Shown: positions 12,561-24,660 of the stretch, one piece after another
Position numbering within the stretch: the stretch's first letter is position 1
How the letters are laid out: the number at the start of each line of letters is the position of its first letter
Assembly (NCBI GenBank): GCA_965112155.1
Contig: OZ218104.1
Source of the DNA: Podarcis liolepis
Taxonomy: Eukaryota
Direction: 5' to 3' (one strand)
Length of the DNA: 64,000 bases
Program-made: the position numbers and the translations under genes
The notes under the pieces: generated by a model
What the model was told of the DNA's origin: nothing
Databases searched by the model: none
Seen by the model: only the letters and a program-made list of their open reading frames with translations

Positions 12561-12884
12561 AGAGAATCACAGAGGAACAAGGGAAACCCCATTTGAGGAA
12601 GAGAAGAACATTGCCAGCGTCAAGCAGGAAGCAGAGTTCACCTGTAGATAGCAGCAGGGCTGGCATCAGGGACTGGCATGGTCAGGCACTTCCCCAGGGA
12701 CTCAGAAAGGCCCATTGCTGATCCTGCTGCCGATGAGACACCTGACCAGCGCCCCTGCTGCCATCAAAGGAACCCCTTATCCCTGATGTCAATCTTCACC
12801 CACCCACTCATCCCTAGTGGGGAGGGGGACACTATTTTGGGCTTTGCCTCAAGTGCCAAATGTATTGGGCTGGTCCTGATTAGG

Positions 12885-13080
12885 AACATAGGAAGTTGTT
12901 TTATACCAAGTCAGAATAATGGCCCATCTAACTCAGTTCTGTCTACTGTGATTGGCAGTGGCTCTCCAGGGGTTTATGCTACGAACCTTCCCAGCTGTAC
13001 CTGGAGACAATGGCGGGGATTAAACCTATGGCCTTCCTATATGCAAAGCATGTGTGCCCCTCCTAAGCTACAGTCCTTGC
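12885..13080 (-). mobile_element. Squam3-type SINE
   Basis: ataggaagttgttttataccaagtcag...ggcagtggctctccaggg...gggattaaaccta..tgcaaagcatgtg; reverse complement of 46055-46240. Confidence 0.7.
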
Positions 13081-13620
13081 CCATTGTGACTGCTTGTGGT
13101 TCTCATTCATTCACCTCATCCCCCTATTCTCTCTACAGATGCTTACCCAGCAGCGGCAGTACAGACTGTGGGAACTGAGCCAGGTCTTGACTCCATAATA
13201 TTATGGGGTACTCCAGACATCACATATTGGGGAATTTAAACATGTCAGCTGCCTGCTGCAACACAGAGGTAAATGCTGTCAACATTGGGTAAACATGTCT
13301 GTAGAGAGGAGGGGGTAAGCAGAGTTACTTTTCAGTTGTGGTTCCCTATATGCGGAAAGCTCTCCTTCCTGAGGGGACTTACCTTTTCCCCACTCTACTG
13401 ATGGACTGAGATTATGTTGTTTTGTTACTAGTGTGCTGCCAAAGCTTCCTGTGGCTTTTGTGGGGAGGGGGGCATTGTGTGTATATTTATTTTAATTAAT
13501 TGCAGCTGTTTTTCTGTATGAATTTGTTAATCAGATAATGTAATTATGTTTAGAAACATAAACATAAACCCTGGGGTAACAAGCAACTAACGAGTCTACA
13601 TAATATTAAATGGCAACAAC

Positions 13621-13741
13621 AGGGTGTATCCAATGCTAGTACTACTCTGAGGAGACCCACTGAAGTGAATGAACATGACTATCTTAGGTTCATTCATTTC
13701 AATGCGTCTGATTTGAGCAGGACTAGCACTGGATACAACCT
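13621..13741. mobile_element. Palindromic MITE (~120 bp)
   Basis: ggtgtatccaatgctagt...actagcactggatacaacc terminal inverted arms; internal tgaagtgaatgaac/gttcattcatttca stem. Confidence 0.7.
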
Positions 13742-13793
13742 AATAGCAACAACAGCAGACAGCCTGCAGACACACTATGAAGAGACTCTAATG

Positions 13794-13929
13794 CAGGCAT
13801 GGCCAAACTTGGCCCTCCAGATGTTTTGGGACTACAATTCCCATCATCCGTGACCACTGGTCCTGTTAGGGAGGAGTGATGGGAGTTGTAGCCCCAAAAC
13901 ACCTGGAGGGCCAAGTTTGGCCATGCCTG
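13794..13929. mobile_element. hAT-family MITE (136 bp) with 8-bp TSD
   Basis: TIR CAGGCATGGCCAAACTTGGCCCTCCAG at both ends; perfect TSD CTCTAATG at 13786-13793 and 13930-13937. Confidence 0.92.
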
Positions 13930-13949
13930 CTCTAATGGTAATGGCAGAG

Positions 13950-14700
13950 GCAGCTGCAATACCAGGTTGGCACTGGGCAGTAGTCATTGCGGTGTCATGC
14001 CATGAGCCCAATGAAATCTGGTCCTGAGTGGCAGAGTGGTCATGGACATTTGGCAGCAAGGAGAATACCAGTGAGCTTGGTATGGGCAGTTTCAGTGAAG
14101 GGCAGAATGAAGCCAGATTGTAAGTGGTCAAGAGAGAGAAGTTTAAAGAAAGAACGTAAAAAATGCAGGGGCTAGAATTACACTCCAGGAGTTTGGAGAC
14201 AAAGAATAGACAAGTACTCAGGCAGTATCTGGGAAATGAAACTTTATTAAGGGAGAGGTTTTAGAAGTTGGGGAAATGGCAACATGTCTGAATGCATCAA
14301 GGCAGAGGTGACAGAGAGGTTGGCTGTGTGGCTGAGAGATGTAATGATGGAAGGAGAGATGCCTATTAAGAGTCAGGAGTAAATAGTATCAATGGGATAC
14401 AAATGAGGGCAAAGTCAAGGACAGCAGACTGGTCAACTCATTAAGTGTGTTGGTGGATGGAACAGGAAAATATTGAAGGAGTAGAAGAGATACCATAGTG
14501 GAGAGTTCTGATTTTGCAGGAGATGAAGTCTTGAGGGTGGGACATTGCAGATCATATCTTATCAAAAGATAAAGAAGAGACATTGAGGATTCTTAGAGTT
14601 GGTGTGGATCATGGAACCAGGAATATGGTAGACAAGAAAGAGGAGAGGGTGGACTTATAATGCTGGCCGGTTCCTCAGAGGTATTCAGCTGTGTGAGAAC
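13950..14700 (-). mobile_element. Old L2-like LINE fragment
   Basis: Purine-rich degenerate stretch, same orientation and character as 12040-12560 (probably one element split by later insertions). Confidence 0.4.
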
Positions 14701-15129
14701 ATGAATGGATATTCAACTGTTTTCTTTTCCATTGAACGGAGATCATCTTTAGGCCAGGTGTTCCTGGCATCTCTGAGGAAAGACTCTGGCCAATATTTAT
14801 CTTTATATGGGTTGTTAGATATTTATCTAAGACGACTATAAAAGCATAGAAAATGAGGGCATTGCTAGTTATGTGGGGTACCCCAGTACATTGGAACTAC
14901 CTGGAGAATAATCCTTTCCTTGTGTTTTATAATCTTGGTGTGGCCAAATGTAGCCAGTGCTCTGGATTAAAGGCAACAGCTCCTGAAGTCATTCACTACC
15001 TCTTGGAGCTCGAGCTTTTAAACTTTCACGATCTGTCACTGACCTCAAAAGGCCCATGAAAACAAGAACTTAGCAAGTGTTCCTTCTGTTTTTAATGGGA
15101 CTTCTTGATAAAGTACTGGGAGACAGGTT

Positions 15130-16558
15130 GATCTTCTCTAGAAAGACATCTTTAGACCTGGCCAATATGACCAGCTATCGCCCAGTCGCAAATCTTCCAT
15201 TCTTGGGCAAGGTGATTGAGCGAGTGGTTGCTGAACAACTCCTGGCACGCCTGGAAGAAGTGGACCATTTGGATCCCTTCCAGTTGGGATTCAGGCCTCA
15301 TCATAGGACTGAAACTGTCTTGGTCGCACTGGTCGATCATCTCCGGGAGTGGGCTAGGGACAAAGGTGAGAGCTGTTTCCTAGTTCTGCTGGATCTCTCA
15401 GTGGCTTTTGATACCATTGACCATAACATCCTTCTGGACTGTCTAGAGGGGCTGGGAGCTGGGGGCACTGTTATACAGTGGTTCCGCTCCTTCCTCCTAG
15501 GCCGTGTTCAGAAAGTGGTGGTGGGGGATGAGTGTTCCGACCCCTGGGCTCTCACTTGTGGGGTGCCTCAGGGTTCTGTCTTCTCCCCCATGCTTTTCAA
15601 CATCTACATGCAGCCGCTGGGAGAGATCATCAGGGGGTTTGGGCTGGGTGTTCATCAGTATGCGGATGATACCCAGCTCTACCTCTCTTTCAAATCATAA
15701 CCAGTGAAGGCAGTGAAGATCCTGTGTGAGTGTCTGAAGGCAGCTGGAGGATGATGGCAGCTAACAGATTGAGGGTGAATCCTGACAATACAGAAGTACT
15801 GTTTTGGGGGGACAGGAGGAGGGCAGGTGTGGATGACTTCTTGGTCCTGAATGGGGTAATTGTGTCCCTGAAGGACCAGGTGTGCAGCCTGGGAGTCATT
15901 CTGGACTCACAGCTGTCCATGGATGCGCAGGTCAATTCTGTGTCCAGGGCAGCTGTTTACCAGCTCCATCTGGTACGCAGGCTGAGACCCTATCTGCCTG
16001 CGTACTGTCTTGCCAGAGTGGTGCATGTTCTAGTTATCTCTCACTTGGATTACTGAAATGCGCTCTATGTGGGGCAACCTTTGAAGGTGACCCAGAAACT
16101 ACAACTAATCCAGAATGCAGCAGCTAGACTGGTGACTGGGAGTGGCCACTGAGACCACATAACACCGGTCTTGAAAGATCTACATTGGCTCCCAGGACAT
16201 TTCCGAGGACAATTCCTAAATGGCCTCGGTCCAGTATACCTGAAGGAGCGTCTCCACCCCCATCATTCTGCCTGGACACTGAGGTCCAGCGCCGAGGGCC
16301 TTCTGGCGGTTCCCTCACTGCAAAAACCCAAGTTACAGGGAACCAGGCAGAGGGCCCCCGCCCTGTGGAATGCCCTCCCACCAGATGTCAAAGAGAACAA
16401 CAACTACCAGACTTTTAGTAGACATCTGAAGGCAGCCCTGTTTAGGGAAGCTTTTAATGTTTAACATACCATTGTATTTTAATATTTTTTTGGAAGCCAC
16501 CCAGAGTGGCTGGGAGTAATAATTATTATTATTACTATTACTATTACTACTATTATTA
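15130..16558 (+). mobile_element. 5'-truncated L2-clade LINE with decayed reverse transcriptase
   Basis: RT motifs YRPVANLPFLGKVIE, QLGFR, LLDLSVAFDTIDH, GVPQGS, YADDTQLY, later HITPVLKDLHWLP; stop at 15698-15700 and frameshifts; (TAT/TAC)n 3' tail. Confidence 0.95.
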
Positions 16559-19500
16559 ATGGAATAGCTGCTAAAGCACCGAAAGGAAAAGATAAGCAGC
16601 CAACTGATGGGAAACCATTTCCTGAAGCCCTATCATGTAAGAGACTATCAGGCGGAGTGGAAGCTAGCTGCCCTGCTTGCTCTGCACAAAGGTAATGTAC
16701 AGGAAGGAGGAGTGAATGACTGGGGATAGAGAGGGAAGATGATGAGGAGAAGGGATGTCCAAAGTAGCTGGCATTCCAGGGATATCTAAGGCATTATCAA
16801 CCCACTGTATCTGCCAGCTGCGATTCTCTGGCACCATCTCCAAGGGAATAAGTGTTGCTCTCTCACCATCCTGCTGCCTAGTCACAACAAGGCTGTTTCA
16901 GCTGCAAAGTCAATTTTGGGGAGCAGAGTCCTACCAGTTAACTCAAAAGAGAGAGAGAGAGAGGTTTCCTCAGCCACTCTGGGAGGCTTAAAGCCTTAAA
17001 GTGAAGGCTACACTCATACCAATACAATGAAATGACCCTGGAAATTGTTTTGTACCTTATGAAGTGCACTATGAATCCCTCACCTAAGAAATAGCTCACT
17101 GCAAGAGACAGTTTACTACCAAAAAAGTCTTCCTACTGCTTCAAATTTTCAACACTGAAAAAAGTGTCTCCTTCCATCCATGAGCTGTGAAAAGCAGCAT
17201 AGAGATGAAGCTCAAAGAGCCCAGCCCAGGGTAGGAGGACTGAGGAGGATGGACTCTACCTGACTAAAGACAGTTGCCTCTCCCCTGCCCCCAGTCATCA
17301 GTTTCTCTGAGCTAAAGCACCATTGACAGCCCCTTCATCTAAACTTCCATCTACTAATCCAGCAGCATAATGGAGGAGCCAATTAAATGATTATTAATTC
17401 ATGCTGCTTTCCGTAAAGCTGGGTTCTCATCTCTCTGCATTCCGTAAACCAACTCGCCACCTGCCCCAGAAATTTACAGCAGGACTCACTGACGTTTGCT
17501 CTCTCCATTGATCATACCAGCTCAGCAGCCGGCCAGCATCCCTGAAGCCCAGCTCTCCAACCAGGTAGGTCCTTCTGCTCCACCATGTGGCAATGCTGCA
17601 CCTCAGGTGGCTGATGGCATGACATGGGGTGGGCCTGCTTTGAAGACACCCTTCCTGGGTAAGCTGGAACCATGGAAAAGGAACTACACAGGGTGTGGTT
17701 TGGTCACTTGGACTCCTTGATGGAGGCCTTGTGATGAATGTTAAGCAGAAATGAGACTCAAGAGCTGCTGGTGCTGTTATGTGAGCCATGCTCACACCAG
17801 TGGACCATTGGGGTGATTTGCACAGCACCCCAAGGCTATATTGTGCCCCCTAAGACAGGCGCAGCCAATGAACCCACGAAGGCAGGAGAGGAAAACAGCC
17901 CAAGCAAGGGCTGGTGGAAATTCAAGTCTTGGAAACAGATGCCAAAGAGTGATTCAGCTATGGAAACAAGAAGGAATTATTGTGCCTCACCAACTTCCAT
18001 AAAGAAATGTGGACAAAGTGGGACAATCATCCTTCCTGAAAACAGAGGTCCAAGAGTAGCCACTAGTTTAGCATGAGGGCTGTGCTGGGCCCCAACAGCC
18101 CCTAAGGGAGGGTAAGCAGCAAGTTGCAGAGGCAGACTTGTTAAAAACAGGAAGATAAAAAGAATTAATAAACACTTCCTCTAGCTAATAAAGCTGCCTC
18201 CCCACTTTAATGCTGACCATGCTTTTGGCAAGGAGTAGGAGTTGGTATGCAGCACTTTGGGAAAGAGATATTGACTGGAGAGGAGCAGAATCATGGTGGG
18301 TCCAGTGCATCTTCAATTACCTAGACAATGGCATTGGCAGTTTACCAATAATACAAAATATGCAACCAATAGACTAATGTTCAGAATTATCCTAGTAAGC
18401 TGGAAAATGAAGCTAAAATGTAAATTCAACTAAGAGTTCTACACAACGCCCACAAAAAGCTGGCGAGGGAGTAATCTACAACTAGGCTACAGTGTCTTCT
18501 GAAAGGAAGAGAGCTATGAATCAGGAGCCAGAAAGAAGAAGAAAATAGCCAAAGTAGAGAATTTTAAAAGCAGGAAGATGTTACCCACCTTTTCCAAATA
18601 TCTAAAGAGATGCCAGAATGCCGCATGACTGGGAGGTGGACTGGAGCCATATTGGCTCTGTTCCACTTCTGATTCAATGGATTGGGGGATAAAGAGAGCT
18701 GTACCTCATGTCTTTCACAGAGGATACAGAGTGGGCAGGAAGAAATCATCAGCAACCCAAACCTATGGGCTTTAACAGACAAAGCTCCCCATGCCCTTCC
18801 CAGGCAACACTAATAAATTCAGTTTGTCCCTCATGCTCAGGCACTGAGAAGGTACAGTAGGTACAGATTCCAGGCACAGCTCACCCCAGACCTCCCCATC
18901 ACAGTATCCAGGGCATCTGATGAGACTTGGTTAAACATGACTTCCTGTGAAAATCAGGGGAAAGTTCAGTCAGGATGGCCTTGGCCTGGTTTTTTGGGGG
19001 GGAGGGAATTGCCCCCCCCTTTCCCTACTTTTGCAATTAGAAAGGCAGTGGGCCTGTAGGAATTATTCATAAACAGCAAGAGCTGTGCAGTAGCCATTTA
19101 TGTTAAACATGTCAAACCCAATTGCAATCATGCCTGCCAGCTCTTACTCCATAAACACACTTTTCTGCAACAATTTCCCAGCCCTTGGCAGCCCATTAAT
19201 ACCTCCCCTAATAGCAATCTGCCATGGGTGCGAATTACGGATGCTCTGTTGCACTGATTGCTGCGTTAGGTGAGCCCTGCCGATCTCTAAAAATGGGGAG
19301 CACTTAAAAGCTCTCTGAGCTGGTCTGCCACAACTACTGCTTACTTAATTCATTATCCCTCCCTGTTGTGAAGGCTGAGGGTGAGTTCCAGTGCTGCCAA
19401 ACACATGAAATGTTTCTGGACCAAGATTTTCTTTTGTCTTTTTAATCATTTAGTGACTTTGTGCATCACAGTTGTAAACTATTCACAAATCTTTTAACTT

Positions 19501-20297
19501 CCTACATAAAACCCCATACCACACCCCTTAGGAAAGCAGCCGTATCTGCTCTGGGACTAATTTGTCCAGACTAGAAGGAACAACACTTTCACCTTTGAAA
19601 GGCTCACTGTCTCCTTGTTTGAAAACAAAGTCTAAGAAATCTTTTTTCTTTCTGATACAACCCCTGCTTATCAAGTAAATCTTATTTCAAGGACTGATAA
19701 AATTTTGACAGCTATTATGACTTGAGATGGTCTTCTGCTGCTGGACAAATACAGACCCAAACTGTAGAGTATGGACTGATGCACCAGGCCAGCACAAGAA
19801 AAATTATTCGTAGGATTGGCTGGATAAAGGGTCAGACCTCTCTTTGTCTCTTCTGTCTCTGAATCAGCTCCATACAGAACTGGCCCAAGGATTTCTCTTG
19901 CCATAGTCTTCTGGTTCGTAGGAGGTAAACATCCACCTCAACTGTTCAGAGTGATTCACATTCAGGCTTAGGCAATTTTAGAATTTGCTCTAGATTTTGC
20001 ATTATTTCACAAAAATCCTTTCATCTTCAAAGTTCACTTGTCTTTTTTTTTTTTTTAAAGAAACAGAGCAAGTTCACTCTATATAACACCTCTTTCCTAA
20101 TATAAATATGTACTGCTGCTCTTACAAAACGGGATCAACAAGAGGATACAAAATGCAGACTGACTGGGGATATTCTGACTGAGAGAATGATTAAGACAAA
20201 ATTGAGAACAGCCTCCAAACCCACTGTAGGAAAACTTTCACTCGAGCAAAGTGTGTGAGAGAGAACCAGAGCTCGGCTTCCACTGACTATCACTCAC

Positions 20298-20411
20298 CTG
20301 CCGCCCATTTGCCCTCATCCTTTTCAACAGCAGTCTCTGCATCTTTAACAGGCTCTTCTGGATCGGCAGCTGCCTCACTAGGAGGCCCTTCTGCATCTTC
20401 AATCAACTCCT
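20298..20411 (-). CDS. ZFHX3: ZFHX3 coding exon (exon 5 equivalent, 114 nt), acidic linker
   Basis: Polypyrimidine tract plus tttcag|AGGAG...GCGGCAG|gtgagt; encodes (E)ELIEDAEGPPSEAAADPEEPVKDAETAVEKDEGKWAA, matching ZFHX3 [23 protein letters not shown]; phase 1-1. Confidence 0.93.
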
Positions 20412-21114
20412 CTGAAATGGGAGAAGAAAAAGAAGGAAAAGAAAGAGGTAAAAACTGCACTTGACACCTGCAGCAATGTTGCCTTAAGTCACTTCTTCTA
20501 CCTTCCCACATTTGCTCCTACAATGGACTCTGGGTTGTTTCCCATCTCATTTGGGAATCCTCAGGTGCAGCCCCAATACATGCTCCCTTTAACTCCAAGT
20601 CATAGCAGAAACTGAGCGGCTGAAAAGGGACCCAAAGGGGGTCCTGGTGGAGAAGCCTTAGCAATTGCATGGCAGGGAGGCATGCAGTAGGTGCTATAGG
20701 AGCAACAGAAGTTGTGGCCACTGCTTCTTACAAGCAGTGTTAGAAACTCAGATATATAACCTAATTGCCAAATGGCACCTTAAACCTAGGTTATGGTCAC
20801 CACAACGGTATGTCTAGGCACCATTTCCCCCCAATGGGATTTATTATTACACTCTGTTGCCTACCTGCTTAAGAAAGCTGGAGAGGCCAGCTAGATGGAG
20901 ATGTCAAGTCACCAACTTGGAATCCAGAGATCTCCATGTGCTCACAATTGAACCCACACCAGACACAAAACACACCTGGCACCTGGCTAATTTCTAACAC
21001 TGCTTACAAGCTCACTGGATACAAAGCTCAGGCTAGGAGTCTATGGATTCAATTTACATCTTTTTCCCTGGATAATCCCCTAAATCTCCTGGGAAGAGCT
21101 TTAGTTTGGCCTCC

Positions 21115-21600
21115 AAATTTATTTACCGTATTTCATTTGCATGCCACCTACACAACCAAATGCTCTGCATGGTTTGCAAACATTGAAAAACAGAATACAA
21201 TCCACAATTTTTCACAATAAAACAGTAAACCCAAAATAAAGTAAGTCAACGATAAACAAAAACAACCCCCCAAAAACCAACAAACTATGACTATAAATAC
21301 AAATGAATGAACATACACAGGAGCTAAACCAATTTAAAACTGTCAAGGGAATGTACATATTGTGGTTAAGTGTCCCGAGAGAAAAAGGTCTTTTCACCAG
21401 GCACTTAGCAGGGGTGCCAAAAGAGCCTCTCTAGGCAGCCCATTCCATAACTGGGGCTGCACCAACAAGGACCAGTCCCTAGCAACTACACACATCACTT
21501 CATTAGGCAGGGAAACCTGGAATCTCAGGGTCCATGCAGGTATATACAGGAGGTGGCAATCCTTGAAGTAACCTGGCCCCAAGCCATTTGTAGCTTTAAA
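21115..21600 (-). mobile_element. L2 LINE 3' fragment
   Basis: ORF 21394-21672 FKATNGLGPGYFKD...LWNGLPRE, the L2 C-terminus. Confidence 0.75.
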
Positions 21601-22904
21601 ACAGTGATGGATAACATTTTTTTTTAGCCTGGGGGATGTGTATTGTTCTGGGGAACTTTCCAGGGGCCACATGCCAGTGGTGGGCAGTGCTAGAAGCAGA
21701 AGTGGATGGAGAGGAGAACGCCATTTTCACCTTTGTACAGTAGGCTAATTTCTACGCAAACTCACACAACCCTCTATCCTCTATGCAGCTAAGATAGGGG
21801 CTCTGTCTGAGTTCAAGGACATATTCCAGCCAGGTAAAAACACTGCTGACAGGGCTGGTATGCAGCTGAAGGGAGGACAGAATCGGACCAGAGATTAGAA
21901 GGCAGGTAGAAAGCTCTGAAAACTGACAACCCATGCTAGTTACTGACCAAGGCTGTGGAGGGGAAGGTGACAAAGCTAACTTTCACCATATTAGAAAGCA
22001 ACCTGAATAAAGCATCAGCCAATCAGCTCACAAGCATTTGGAAACAAACAGGTAGTCATCATCAGTTAGTATACATCTGATAATTCCACTTGGCTCTTCA
22101 GTCCAACCAACCTAGTCAAGCAGATAAAATGGGTGTGATGTGTACCTTGGGGTCTGGCCATCAGCAGTGCTTTTGAAATGGCCCCACATTGTGGTCAGTC
22201 TGCACCCATGGGAGTGTCAGGTCTCAAACTTGCCTTGAAATCACACAGTATCCCCAAAGCCCTGTCCTCTGGGTCCTAGGTTTGGACAGTCTGTTTGGAC
22301 TGAATAGTGAGAGTAAGACATCCCATCTGTGCCTGAAGCAGTAAAGTAAACAGAACACCCAGGAAAGATAGTCACACCTGTTCTTTAGCACTAGGTAGCC
22401 ATCAAAAGCATTGTACCACACACACAGCACAACACCAGGGGCCAAACTGCTTTGTATTGATATCACATACTTTTGTGGGGTGGGGGAGTTCTATCAAAAC
22501 ACCCACTGAAGTATAAGTTGCAAAGTTCCTAAAAAGAGGAAGCTGCAGCAGTACTGTCCATTCTCGTGCCATTCACTGTCTGCACTCTGTGACCCTCACG
22601 TGAGAACTCAGCAAAATTTGTGTGTGCCTCAAGGATCCAATAGGCAGTGAAGCAACTAGTGATGAGAATTTAAGATTGGCCTCCTGGCAGGAGAAGAATC
22701 TCCTTCCTCGCTTTATCAGCAGAGAAAGCATAAAGCTAGTTGGGATGCAAAACACACTGATTGTGCATCTTCTATGGAAAGGAGAGGAGGAGATATAGTA
22801 ATGCTTAGTACGTCTATAAAATGCTTGAGTGTTAAAAGTACTTCATTGGCACATGGGCCAAGCCTGGAGCAGCTCCATGGCTTTGAATAAACCTTCCTCT
22901 AAAG

Positions 22905-24025
22905 AGATCTGCCCACTTATGAGGTAGACTAGGTTGAGGGACACCCAGTGAGCTTTGTGACCAAATGGTTATTTGAACCCATAGTGCTCTAGGGCAGTGT
23001 TTCCCAACCTTTTTTGGGCAAAGGCACACTTGTTTCATGAAAAAAATCTCGAGGCACACCACCATTACAGCCCCGTGACGTCAGCGCGCAGCGTCACGCC
23101 GGGAGGGACGCACGAAAGTGTAAGTTTCAATTTTTTCCCCTCCCCCTTGCCTTCCTTCTGTGCCAACCGCCAAAAAGCCAAGACTTTAGGGCAGCAGGTC
23201 GACACGGAAGAAGCTCCTACCTAAGGACAGGTGCGACGGCCGTGTCCTCTTCTGCCACACTTGGCAGCCCTGCCTCACGGTCGTGACTCCCACCCTGATT
23301 TCTCCCCGCAGGTCGAGCGGCACAGGCAGCCCAATGTGTCCAGCCCAGACACAAGCCCCGCTTCCCCACTCTAGATCCTGAATGCGACCAAGTGCTCTGG
23401 ACTCCCGAGCAGGGTGGGAAAGAGGACTCGCATCTGGTAGCCTCCGGGCTCCTCGCCTGCTCGAGGGATGGCATTGCAGGCAAGCTGCCGGCCGTCGCCA
23501 TCGCCGCCCCCTCATGCGAGTGGACCTGCCCGGAGTGGTGGGCCGGGGGAGGCTCGCTCTCTGTGGGGATGTGGCCCGCACGCGCGGCCCCGCTTCCTCC
23601 TGCCCAGGGCTGAGCTCCTTACCCGCGATCTCGGTCTCGCGCACGCGGATCCCACTTATTCTGAAGCTCGCGCCACTAGCCGGGGCTCTCACACCGTGCC
23701 AGGGCGAGGCGGCGCGGCCCACTGACGTCATCGCGGCTCGCCCCCGCCCTCGACTTCCCTGTTCCCTCCCCTCCCTCGGGTCGCCGTGGTTACCGAGGAC
23801 TGCAAGCTGCTCGGGCGAGCGTGGGGCATTAAGTGGGAGAAGGAAAATTAAAATTAAAACTCGCCTGAAGGCCGCCTCTCCGGATATGAAGCTATCTTTC
23901 GAATTTTTTAATTTTTCCCGCGGCACACCAGGCAACATCTCACGGCACACTAGTGTGCCGCGGAACAGTGGTTGGGAAACACTGCTCTAGGGAGCATCCA
24001 ACACACTAACCACTGTACCACACTG
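22905..24025 (-). mobile_element. MIR/CORE-like tRNA-derived SINE interrupted by the hAT element
   Basis: Removing 22995-23992 rejoins cagtgTGGTACAGTGGttagtgtgttgga...gGGTTCAAATaacc...aagctcactgggtg (Pol III box A and box B) on the minus strand. Confidence 0.65.
22995..23984. mobile_element. Non-autonomous hAT (Charlie-type) DNA transposon, 990 bp, CpG-rich interior
   Basis: Perfect 15-bp TIR CAGTGTTTCCCAACC; perfect 8-bp TSD CTCTAGGG (22987-22994, 23985-23992); subterminal GGCACAC repeats; no transposase motif. Confidence 0.95.
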
Positions 24026-24528
24026 CACTGCTGGAGGAAGAACATTCATGCCCTTACTTGCTCTTATTTAAACAAGCTTATAGAGGCTGAACTGGTGGTG
24101 AAGCCTGGAGGAACAATTTCCAGCTGCAGATGCTTTTACTAGATGGGTGGGGTATTATTCTTATTCTTATTATTCTTATTATTAATTACTGTTAAGACTG
24201 GTGGCTGTTTAATCTAGGGACTACTGGCTCCATCTAAGCTTTACCTTTAAGCAAGAAGAAAATGTGGGCCTCCTGAGCAGTCTTTCTCCTCCAGTCAAAT
24301 GTTGGAAAAAGCTCCTCAAAGGAAGAATAATGCCCACCAAGCAAGCCCCTTCTGGCCCAGCCATGCTGAAGGTCCCCTGCAGTCCCAGCAGCTACCTAGA
24401 GGTGTCACCCTCTCCAAAGCAAGCAAAGGATTGCTGGCCAGCCGCCTGGCTGCTAAGTTGCGACTGGACTGTCTGGGCTCCCCTTCGAAGCATGTGGAAA
24501 TAATATACGTCTTCCAGCAAACTGTCTG

Positions 24529-24660
24529 NNNNNNNNNNNNNNNNNNNNNNNNNNNNNNNNNNNNNNNNNNNNNNNNNNNNNNNNNNNNNNNNNNNNNNNN
24601 NNNNNNNNNNNNNNNNNNNNNNNNNNNNNNNNNNNNNNNNNNNNNNNNNNNNNNNNNNNN
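24529..24660. other. Assembly gap (132 N)
   Basis: Run of N. Confidence 1.

Noticed and set aside
15077-16464. Reverse transcriptase as a functional gene or novel RT system
   Set aside because: Ordinary 5'-truncated L2 copy with stops and frameshifts.
23186-23990. 254-aa and 202-aa ORFs inside the hAT element
   Set aside because: Arg/Pro/Ala-rich products expected from GC-rich DNA; they cross or abut the TIR and show no transposase motifs. Only the spliced 36-codon sub-part is kept as a hypothesis.
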